Of a stretch of 64,000 bases of DNA, positions 17,780 through 25,132 are shown piece after piece. The notes under the pieces are model-generated. The model was not told the DNA's origin. It saw only the letters and a program-made list of their open reading frames with translations, and searched no databases. How positions within the stretch are numbered: position 1 is the stretch's first letter; the number at the start of each line of letters is the position of its first letter. Both the position numbers and the translations under genes were made by a program. Source of the DNA: Chloroflexota bacterium. Its GTDB lineage: Bacteria; Chloroflexota; Dormibacteria; CF-121. Where the stretch lies: positions 1,494 through 65,493 of the forward strand of contig VBID01000116.1 of NCBI GenBank assembly GCA_005880615.1, written 5' to 3'.

Positions 17780-18856
17780 TCAGCCCCGTCGCAGAGTCCT
17801 CCGCAGCAGGAGTCCGAGCACGACCAGTCCGATGCCCAACGCCAGTGGCAGCGCCGGTTGACCCCCGGTCTGGGCCAGGTGGGGAGCGGATGGCGTCGGC
17901 GGACAGGCTGGGGACGTCCCCGCTTCAGAGCCGGAAGCCGGCTGCGTCAGCGGGCGCTCCGTGAACGCCGCCGGCGCCAGCGTCGTGGCGAACAGCTTAT
18001 CGCCGGCAGTGAGCGCGCCGGCGTCGGGACCGCTGGCGATTTGCTCACTGGCCAGGCTGGCCTCGGCGGCGGTGAGCATGTCCGACCAGGGCGCGGTGTG
18101 CCGGAGGCCGGCCGCCACGATGGCTTGGATGCCCAGCTCGTTGGAGTTGGGATCGGGGGTGGAGCCAAACGAGAAGAAGCCCCCGTTGGCGAACTGGGTC
18201 TTGAGGTAGGCGAAGCCATTCTGGATGGCGGGGTCGGCCGGCGAGACGCCGGCCGCGAGCAGCGCCTGCAGGACTATCGCCGTGGTGTTGGAATCGCTGC
18301 CGTATTTGCCGGCCGTATCGAAGCTCCAGCCACGGTCGGTCGGGTTCTGCTTGGCGCGCAGGAAGGGCACTGCCTCCGCCCCCAGTCGCTGGCCGACGGC
18401 GCGGAGCCCCAGGATGGCCAGGCCATCGCTAAAGATACTGCCGCCATACTGTCCCGGAGCCGCGGCGCAGGCCTGGAGATAGGCGGCGTTCAGCTGCGCG
18501 ATCAGGGGGGCGGTGGGACCGATGTCCGGCCAGGCGGCCCGGGCCAGTAACAATTCGCCGGCGGTTCCCACGTCGGTGGGGACGGCGGGCTTGAGGTAAT
18601 CGGCCAGCGACGCGGTTCCGTCCTTGAAGGTGGCAGGGTCCTGCGAGGTGGCGGCCAGGCTGAGCGCGATCTCGGCCGAGCGGGCCAGCGGGTTCTCTGG
18701 CGCGGCGCCCACTTGCCCCGTGGTCTTGTCCTGCTGGGTCAGTAACCAGGCAACGGCGGCCTGCGCCCGGGTCGGAGCCGGCTGGGCCGCGGCCGGAATG
18801 GACTGGGTCGCGACGACGATGACAGCGCCGATGGCGGCGAGTGTGATCCGACGCAT
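17780..18856 (-). CDS. Secreted prenyltransferase/squalene-oxidase-repeat (terpene-cyclase-fold) protein with C-terminal LAQTG sorting signal
   Basis: Start at MRRITLAAIGAVIVVATQSIPAAA (signal peptide; GGAGG RBS 9 nt upstream). C-terminus LAQTG followed by a hydrophobic stretch and RRTLRRG, i.e. an LAxTG sortase-type cell-wall sorting signal. Confidence 0.55.
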   Translation of the reverse strand: MRRITLAAIGAVIVVATQSIPAAAQPAPTRAQAAVAWLLTQQDKTTGQVGAAPENPLARSAEIALSLAATSQDPATFKDGTASLADYLKPAVPTDVGTAGELLLARAAWPDIGPTAPLIAQLNAAYLQACAAAPGQYGGSIFSDGLAILGLRAVGQRLGAEAVPFLRAKQNPTDRGWSFDTAGKYGSDSNTTAIVLQALLAAGVSPADPAIQNGFAYLKTQFANGGFFSFGSTPDPNSNELGIQAIVAAGLRHTAPWSDMLTAAEASLASEQIASGPDAGALTAGDKLFATTLAPAAFTERPLTQPASGSEAGTSPACPPTPSAPHLAQTGGQPALPLALGIGLVVLGLLLRRTLRRG

Positions 18857-18984
18857 AGAAACCTCCAGGGAAGTAATGACCGCTGGAGGCCGATCGGAGT
18901 GCAAACAAAAAGCTCCCAATCCTTCCGAAGGGGAGCCGAAGATGTTGTGTGCATCTCCCTCTCAGCCTCGAAGAGGGTCGACGT

Positions 18985-19135
18985 CGAATCCCGGCAGGCA
19001 GGTCTCCTGGCTTCTGGATCGGCGCACCTCGCGACTCCTTCCCAAGGCCTTCGCCTCAGTGGACCGCTGTCGGAGGGCTCCCCAGTCACAGTGACGGGTT
19101 CGCGCCGGAATCGCACCGGCTTCCCTTTTCAGCTC
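18985..19135 (-). promoter_or_regulatory. Cobalamin (B12) riboswitch in the leader of the ECF/DUF4430 operon
   Basis: The minus strand reads AAGGGAAGCCGGTGCGATTCCGGCGCGAACCCGTCACTGTGACTGGGGAGCC ... AAGCCAGGAGACCTGCCTGCC. This matches the conserved GGGAA/GGTG-AATCC/CCCG-ACTGT core and the B12 box (AGCCAGGAGACCTGCC). Confidence 0.8.
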
Positions 19136-19294
19136 GTGTGAGCCACCTGTCGAGCTATTCAGTTGTGTGACCGACGACAGGCACCACCTCCCCTTCCATT
19201 GAGAGCCGGCCTTGTAAGGGCGCCATTATATCCCCTCCGGAAACGAAAACGCCGGCCGTTGGGCCGGCGTTCAACCGTAGGCGCTGATCGATTC

Positions 19295-19655
19295 AAGCCC
19301 GAATCCACCGAGTCGAACTTGCATCTTGGGCGCGGGACGAGCGATCGGTGCGTCGTCTCCTGCGCGCGCTCAGTTACGCACCGACGGGTGCGCGCCTTCG
19401 CGTGCTCGTCGCCTCCTGAAGCCCGAATCTACCGGCTCGAGCTAGCATCTCGGGTGCGGATGCGGCCGATCCGGGCGTCGTCTCCTGCGCGCGTTCAGTC
19501 ACGCATCGACGGATGCGCTCCTTCACGTGCTCGTCGCCTCCTTCGGCTCGGCACGCCCCTCATCCCGATCTGCGGCGCCCGACCGGTAGATCCGGGCTCC
19601 GCTCATCTCGCCCCGCATCCCAATCTGCGTCGTCCGATCGGTGGATCCGGGCTAG
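19295..19655. mobile_element. MITE-like structured repeat, copy B (duplicated 5' module, two partial internal units)
   Basis: Starts AAGCCCGAATCCACCGAGTCGAACTTGCATCTTGGGCGCGG and ends GGTGGATCCGGGCTAG. The terminal TAG is the stop of the minus-strand ORF 19652..20065. Confidence 0.8.
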
Positions 19656-20038
19656 GCGACGCGCGACTCCTCGAAGTAGGCTTCCAGCTCCTCGAGGGTT
19701 GGTACCCGGCCGGGATCCTCGGGCTCCACGTTCATGTAGTGCTCCTGCCTGGTGAAGACCAGCTCGATCAGGTCCGGGATCCGCACCGACGGCTGGTAGG
19801 GCACGCCGTAGGCCGTCAGCTGTTCGACCACGTCATCTGGGACGATCGTGCGCTCTTTGAGGTTGAGTTCCTCGAGATTCCAGAGAATGTTGTCGAGCGC
19901 GTAGAGGTTGAGCTTCCGCTCGGCCTCAGCAGCCTTTCGCTGCATCACCTCGTGACGCTGTCGCCAAGTTTCCTCTTGAATGGTTTCGTACATAATCCAG
20001 GAACTTTCCTCCGACTCGAATGGTTGGCTGTCGGTCAT
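19652..20038 (-). CDS. Hypothetical acidic protein, lower GC than surroundings (start at 20038 or 19993)
   Basis: 137-aa ORF. Plausible starts are MTDSQPFESEES or MYETIQEETW, the latter with GGAGGA upstream. No recognisable domain. GC is roughly 58% against ~68% for the window. Confidence 0.4.
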   Translation of the reverse strand: MTDSQPFESEESSWIMYETIQEETWRQRHEVMQRKAAEAERKLNLYALDNILWNLEELNLKERTIVPDDVVEQLTAYGVPYQPSVRIPDLIELVFTRQEHYMNVEPEDPGRVPTLEELEAYFEESRVA

Positions 20039-20166
20039 GGTCGTCTCAATTGCCGAGGGTGGCAAGTAAATTTCGTAAAGAGTTGTTAATCATTGACCCC
20101 GTGTGATCGTGTTCGCAATTCAGCGGACTCAGCCGCGTTCAACAGCCCGAGCTAGTCCCCCGCTCG

Positions 20167-20607
20167 CTAGCACCGCTCGGAGTGGAGCCATGAGCGCGAG
20201 GCGACCAGGTCGTAGAGCTGCCGCTGCTGCCGCCGCGTCAGGTGACCGTAGAGTTGCCCGGCCACCTGGGCCTGGATGGGGAGCAAGCGCTGCTGCATGC
20301 GGCGGCCGGCCAGGGTGAGAGAGACGGGCTTGTAGCGCCGGTCGCCGTCGGCGGCGGATCGGGTGATGAGCCGGCGTCGCTCCAACCGGCGCAACAGCGA
20401 GGTCAGGTTACTGACATCGCAATGCAGGGCCCTGGCCAGCGCCGATTGCGCCACGCCCTCGTCGGATAGGGCCAGCAGCACGCGCATCTGGGCGACCGTC
20501 AGGCGAAGCCGATGCAGCTTCACGGCCGTCTCGTGGTCGGCCGCGATCGCCAACTCCGCGAGTCGGTTGGCGATCAGCGCGGTCAGGCCGGGTTTCGGGC
20601 GTGCCAC
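20167..20607 (-). CDS. MarR family transcriptional regulator
   Basis: Winged-helix MarR C-terminal 147 aa (LTVAQMRVLLALSDEGVAQSALARALHCDVSNLTSLLRRLERRRLITR). GTG start assumed. The 484-aa track ORF is an upstream read-through. Confidence 0.7.
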   Translation of the reverse strand: MARPKPGLTALIANRLAELAIAADHETAVKLHRLRLTVAQMRVLLALSDEGVAQSALARALHCDVSNLTSLLRRLERRRLITRSAADGDRRYKPVSLTLAGRRMQQRLLPIQAQVAGQLYGHLTRRQQRQLYDLVASRSWLHSERC

Positions 20608-20640
20608 AAGCTTGTTAGACCCAGCGGGATAATACCGGCA

Positions 20641-22395
20641 ATGGCGTACCTGGCGAGCGAGGAGCAACCCCATCCGGCGCGCGAGAGCGTGGAGGTCTAC
20701 GTGCGGACCTACAACACGCTGCTGCGCAGCTCCGGCGAAACTAAGATCCGGGTGCTGGAGCAGACCCACATCGGCATGGGCTCCAGCCTTCACCCGAAGG
20801 CGGGCGAGCCGGAGGTCGATGCCGGCGCCTTCATTTACGCGCTGCGCCGCTTGCCGCCCTGCATGATGAGCGTCCGGCGGGTCATCCTCGGCCAGTCGGC
20901 CGAGCTTTTCGAGCGGATGCTGCACGTCGACGTCGCAAGCTGGGAGATGCAGAGTGCCCCGGGACGCCGGCGGCGCTATTACTACGACGGTCGCGAGACC
21001 CTGGCGGCCTTTATTGCCAGCCCCTCCGACGTGGACGACATGGTGCCCCAGCTGGTGGCCTTCCAGATCGAATGGAACAAGATGCACGAGCTGCTGCAGC
21101 CCGAGGAGCTGCCCGCCGGCATGCCGGTCCCGGAGCAGCTGGCCCTGGCCGAGCGCCTGGGCATCTCCGAGGGCGACTGGATCCGGCTGGAGGAGATCTG
21201 GGGTCCCGACCTCCTCCGCAGCCTGCAAGCGATCAAAGTGGAAGAGAAGAACTGCACCATCCGGATGCTGGGCGGCACCCAGGTCGGGTACTCGAAGACC
21301 ACCCGGCGCTGGTGGGAGCCGATCCAGTCGCTGCTCCGAACCGAAGGCCTGGAGGGTCGCCCCATCTACTTTGTGTCCAGCAACACCCACAGCCTGGTCA
21401 ACCTGCTCAGCGGCTCGGCTCGCCGCCACCAGGACGAGATCGTGAAGTTCATCGAGCAGACGAACAACCTGGAGCTGGTGCCGGAGCTGCGCAAGCTCCG
21501 CCAGCGCCAGTCGCGGGGCAACTGGGACAACTTCCTGTACTACGCCGCCCGCGTCTACTACGGACAGTCGCCAGACGCCACCAGGCTGCGGGCTGCCCGT
21601 ACCCAGGAGGAGGAGCAGCACGGTATCTACTTCCTGGCCAGCCGGGCCGGGCTCGACGTGGCCGCCCAGGTGATGGTGCTGGACCGGCTGGACGCCTCTG
21701 CCCTGGATCCGCGCCTAGGGCATCCGGCGAGCGAGCGATTGCGCCAGTCGCCCGCCGTCATCCTCAACATCAACTATCCGCTGGGGCAGGCCTCGTACAA
21801 CATCCTGCGAGTGGTCACCGAGAGCATCGACCAGCTGCGGGGCGTCTATGTATTGGGGAAAGCGGCCACGCTCAACGCCAGCATCGGGGACATCATGATC
21901 TCGAATGTGGTCTACGACGAGCATTCCGAGAACACCTACTGGCTGGACAACTGCTTCAGCTTCAACAGCGTGGCGCCCTTCCTGGTGTACGGGTCGGCGC
22001 TGGACAACCAGCGGGCGGTGACCGTACGCGGCACGTTTCTGCAGAATCGCGGATACCTCGACTTCTATCACCGCGAAAGCTTCACGGTCGTGGAAATGGA
22101 AGCCGGCCCCTTCCTCGATGCCATTTACGAGACCAGCGAGTCGTCCCGCTATCCGGTGCGGGAGAACATCAACTTCACCCGGCTGCCCTTCGACGTGGGG
22201 GTCCTGCACTACGCCTCTGACACGCCGTACACTCAGGCCCGCACGCTGGGGGCTCGGGGGCTCTCCTATTACGGGCTGGACTCGACCTATGCCTCATCGG
22301 CCGCCATCCTCCGGCGGATCTGGGCCCAGGAACATGTGCTGGACTCGGAGCTGGAGCCGGCCTGGACGGAGGCGGAGTCCCCGCCGGGGGCGTAA
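20641..22395 (+). CDS. Two-domain protein: unknown N-terminal domain fused to a PNP/MTAP-type nucleoside phosphorylase or nucleosidase domain (AMP-nucleosidase-like architecture)
   Basis: Start at ATG 20641 (MAYLASEEQ...). C-terminal half has the PNP_UDP_1 pattern, including VVEMEAGPF (EME motif). Divergently transcribed from the MarR gene. Confidence 0.55.
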   Translation: MAYLASEEQPHPARESVEVYVRTYNTLLRSSGETKIRVLEQTHIGMGSSLHPKAGEPEVDAGAFIYALRRLPPCMMSVRRVILGQSAELFERMLHVDVASWEMQSAPGRRRRYYYDGRETLAAFIASPSDVDDMVPQLVAFQIEWNKMHELLQPEELPAGMPVPEQLALAERLGISEGDWIRLEEIWGPDLLRSLQAIKVEEKNCTIRMLGGTQVGYSKTTRRWWEPIQSLLRTEGLEGRPIYFVSSNTHSLVNLLSGSARRHQDEIVKFIEQTNNLELVPELRKLRQRQSRGNWDNFLYYAARVYYGQSPDATRLRAARTQEEEQHGIYFLASRAGLDVAAQVMVLDRLDASALDPRLGHPASERLRQSPAVILNINYPLGQASYNILRVVTESIDQLRGVYVLGKAATLNASIGDIMISNVVYDEHSENTYWLDNCFSFNSVAPFLVYGSALDNQRAVTVRGTFLQNRGYLDFYHRESFTVVEMEAGPFLDAIYETSESSRYPVRENINFTRLPFDVGVLHYASDTPYTQARTLGARGLSYYGLDSTYASSAAILRRIWAQEHVLDSELEPAWTEAESPPGA

Positions 22396-22419
22396 GGCTC
22401 GCCCCGCATAAAAGAAGAA

Positions 22420-22438
22420 GGCCGCGTGGGGCGCGGCC
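22420..22438 (+). terminator. Hairpin GGCCGCGTGGGGCGCGGCC followed by TT, putative terminator of the PNP-like gene
   Basis: Perfect 7-bp GC stem 25 nt after the stop codon. Confidence 0.45.
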
Positions 22439-22517
22439 TTCGAAGGGGAGGAGGGGGGTCGATGTACTGCGCACGATGAGGCTAGCAGTGGGCACTTACG
22501 GACGGTCTAACAAGCCT

Positions 22518-22708
22518 GAGCCCGAATCTATCGATCGAGCTTCCATCTCGGGCGCATGCGGCCTGAGCCCGAGGCGCTCCGGGCGTCGTCTCCTGTACGC
22601 GTTCGGTCACGCATCGACGGATGCGCTCCCTCCCGTGCTCGTCGCCTCCTGCGGCTCGGCACGCCCCGCCTCCCGATTAGCGGCGCCCGGCCGATAGATC
22701 CGGGCTTT
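22518..22708. mobile_element. MITE-like structured repeat, copy C (single internal unit)
   Basis: GAGCCCGAATCTATCGATCGAGC ... GATAGATCCGGGCTTTAGG. The 3' terminus overlaps the stop (TAA, minus strand) of the TPR gene. Confidence 0.8.
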
Positions 22709-23411
22709 AGGCGGCTTTGCGATTTCGGCGCGCCCGCTTCCTGTGGTTGGCAAGATCCTGTAACGCTTTGTCGATCAAGCGGTCCGCGGGGTCCAGATGT
22801 TTGGCATCCAGCAATACTCCCTGGGCGGCGACCACGTCGTCGTGCTGCAGGTAGGCCAGCCCCAGCTGCAGTGCCAGCCCGGCATCCGTTCGGGTCGCCT
22901 GCACCGCAGCCTTCAGGTATGGCAGCGCCTCCTGCGGGCGGCCGATCTCGAGCAGCAACGAGCCCAGCTCGGCCAGCACGTCGGGCTGGTCGGGAATAAT
23001 GGCCAGCGCCCGCCGGTAGGCGGCCTGCGCGACCTCCGCCCGACCCAGCTGACGATGCTGCCGGCCGATGAGGAACCACGTTTGCCAGCCGGCTGGCGCC
23101 AGCGCCATGGTCCGTCCGTAGGAGGCCGCGGCGGCGGTCCGGTCGCCCAGGGCGTCGCAGGCGGCACCCAACCGGAAGGCGATATCAGGATCGTTGGGGT
23201 CGAGCCCGGCCGCCCGCTCCAGCAGCTGGCGGGCGCGCTCGTAGTCGCGCAGCCGGTGGCAGAGTGTTCCGAGCCGCAGGGCGGGCGTGGCCGCATCGGG
23301 CGCGCTCTTGACCGCCGCCTCGTAACGGATCAATGCCTCGCGGACGTTTCCCGCGGACTCGGCCGTCAGTCCGCTTTCCAGAAGGCGCTCGACTTCGGTG
23401 ACCGCGGCCAT
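22707..23411 (-). CDS. TPR-repeat protein
   Basis: Start set at MAAVTEVERLLESG, giving 235 aa. Multiple TPR-like helical repeats (AxxYxxALxxxP patterns). Confidence 0.6.
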   Translation of the reverse strand: MAAVTEVERLLESGLTAESAGNVREALIRYEAAVKSAPDAATPALRLGTLCHRLRDYERARQLLERAAGLDPNDPDIAFRLGAACDALGDRTAAAASYGRTMALAPAGWQTWFLIGRQHRQLGRAEVAQAAYRRALAIIPDQPDVLAELGSLLLEIGRPQEALPYLKAAVQATRTDAGLALQLGLAYLQHDDVVAAQGVLLDAKHLDPADRLIDKALQDLANHRKRARRNRKAA

Positions 23412-23497
23412 GCGGGGATAACGCGCCGTTCCGGAGTCCTTTGCCGGCTGCCCGTCCCGGGGACGTGCAGCGGCGGTCACAAGTTGACTACGCCCGT

Positions 23498-23704
23498 TCA
23501 GCCCGCTGCCAAGAACTGGGTCAACTCGGGCTCGTCCATGCGCAGCGGCGGCACCACGGGGGTGTAGCTGAGCCGTGCCGCCAGCTTCATAGCCAGCTCG
23601 GGTTTGAAATCCACCGGGGTAAAGCCTTTGCCGGTAAAAATGCCCAACGCCTGGTCTCGGATCACCAGCGCGGCGCCATCTTTGCGGGCCAGGACGGTGA
23701 TCAT
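23498..23704 (-). CDS. Hypothetical small protein (68 aa), possibly Roadblock/LC7-like
   Basis: MITVLARKDGAALVIRDQALGIF... Start overlaps the stop of the upstream receiver gene (ATGA). Confidence 0.35.
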   Translation of the reverse strand: MITVLARKDGAALVIRDQALGIFTGKGFTPVDFKPELAMKLAARLSYTPVVPPLRMDEPELTQFLAAG

Positions 23705-24081
23705 GTCGAGGCGACCGGTGCCAGCTGGGCCACCAACTGGGCGAGCTGGGCTGGCTTGAACGGCTTCTCGACGGTGGCCGCCGTGCCGGCACGGCGGGCG
23801 CGCTCGGGCGCAGCCGCGTCACGGAACTCGGTCAGCATCACCACCAGGTTGCTGGGGACGAGACGTTGCAGCAGGAGGAAGGCATCGCCGTCTGGCAGGG
23901 TTGAGTCCAGCAACACCAGGTCCGGGCGAAACGAAACCGCCGCGGCCGCGACCCGCGTGGCCTCGGTCACCCAGGTGACCGTGTGGCCCTCCCGTTCCAG
24001 CTTGAAGACGATAATGGCGCCGATGTTGGGCTCATCTTCCACGACCAGGACGCGGGCCATCGTCGTTTCGATGATACGCAT
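23701..24081 (-). CDS. Single-domain response regulator (CheY-like receiver)
   Basis: VLVVEDEPN...PDLVLLDSTLPDGDAFLLL receiver motifs. Start at MRIIETTMARV (24081) or MARV (24060). Confidence 0.7.
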   Translation of the reverse strand: MRIIETTMARVLVVEDEPNIGAIIVFKLEREGHTVTWVTEATRVAAAAVSFRPDLVLLDSTLPDGDAFLLLQRLVPSNLVVMLTEFRDAAAPERARRAGTAATVEKPFKPAQLAQLVAQLAPVAST

Positions 24082-24094
24082 CCGGGGATAACCA

Positions 24095-24567
24095 TGATGC
24101 TCTGGCCGCGCCCGGTGATCGTGGTGGTCGCCCTCAATGAGGCCAGCTACGCATGCTGCGCGGCAGCTGCCCGTTACGGGAGCGAGATGTGGCGGCAGCG
24201 CCTTCGCCAGTTCATGGAACGGATGTCCGGCCGGTTGACGCCGCCGGAGGTCACGCCCGTGGACCGCATCCAGCTGATGCTGTTGCCGATCGCCGATCTC
24301 TTCATGATCCTGATGTACTCCCGGCCGCCCGGGGGGTCCCTGCGCACTGCCCGGGTCACCCTGATGACGATCTGGCTGGCTGGGGCGGTGGCGGTGCTGG
24401 TCGGTGTCCCGGCCGCCGTTCTGCTGGTGCACGGCGTCGCCGGGCTTCAGCCTCTCCCGATCGCGATCGGTCTGGTGGGGATGGCGGTCGGGCTCGGAGC
24501 GGGGATCCTGGCGGTGTTCGGCGTCCGGCAGCGAATCCTGATCGCCGCTCGGCAGGAGACCACCTAG
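24095..24567 (+). CDS. Hypothetical integral membrane protein (157 aa)
   Basis: Start at MMLWPRP. Three to four TM helices. Divergent from the receiver gene. Confidence 0.45.
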
Positions 24568-24570
24568 CAA

Positions 24571-24606
24571 CGCCCTCCCCGTTCGTCCCCGAGCGAGGGA
24601 GAAATG
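24571..24606. repeat. REP-like element, divergent variant (CGCCCTCCCCGTTCGTCCCCGAGCGAGGGAGAAATG)
   Basis: Shares the CCCTCCCC...GGGAGA(A)AT flanks with the main family. Confidence 0.5.
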
Positions 24607-24674
24607 AAGAAGGGGAAATCATGCAAAGAGCCCCACGCCGGGTGGCGCAGGGCTCTTGCTCCGGACTGCCGGTC

Positions 24675-24875
24675 TTAGGCGGCGAGGCGGACGTTCTTGG
24701 CGCGTGGTCCCTTGGGGCTTGGTTCAACCTCAAACTGGACCTTCTCGCCACCGAGCAGGCGGTCGAAATCGCTGTCGACGCCGCTCCGATGGAAGAAGTA
24801 GTCGCGCCCGTCTTCGGCGGCGATAAAGCCGAATCCGCGCTCAGACACGAGCTTCTTGATAGTCCCGGTTGCCAT
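24675..24875 (-). CDS. cspA: Cold-shock protein (CspA family)
   Basis: MATGTIKKLVSERGFGFIAAEDGRDYFFH with the RNP1/RNP2 motifs. GGAGGA RBS 7 nt upstream. Confidence 0.9.
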   Translation of the reverse strand: MATGTIKKLVSERGFGFIAAEDGRDYFFHRSGVDSDFDRLLGGEKVQFEVEPSPKGPRAKNVRLAA

Positions 24876-25132
24876 TGATGGCTCCTCCTTTCCCGAACCA
24901 GATAGGCCGCACGCACGGGCCTGTTCGAGAGAGAGCCACGGCGAGCGCGTCCCGAGCGGACGCTACCGCCTTCTTACCCCTGGCCGGTCCCTGGTAAACC
25001 CTGCGGAAGACCCCCTCCCCCGCCCCATCGATCCGGGATGCCATCGACCCCGAACCCTTGACTCTGGTCTGGACAGTGGCGTTAGATGGGTTCGGATCGC
25101 GGGGGCTCGTACCCAGTTCAGGAGGGCTGAAG

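Noticed and set aside
19163-20089. 308-aa + strand ORF.
   Set aside because: It runs through MITE copy B and is antisense to the ORF at 19652..20065. The translation is repeat-derived.
20167-21621. 484-aa minus-strand ORF.
   Set aside because: Only the C-terminal ~147 aa form a MarR domain. The remainder is antisense to the well-supported PNP-like gene on the + strand.
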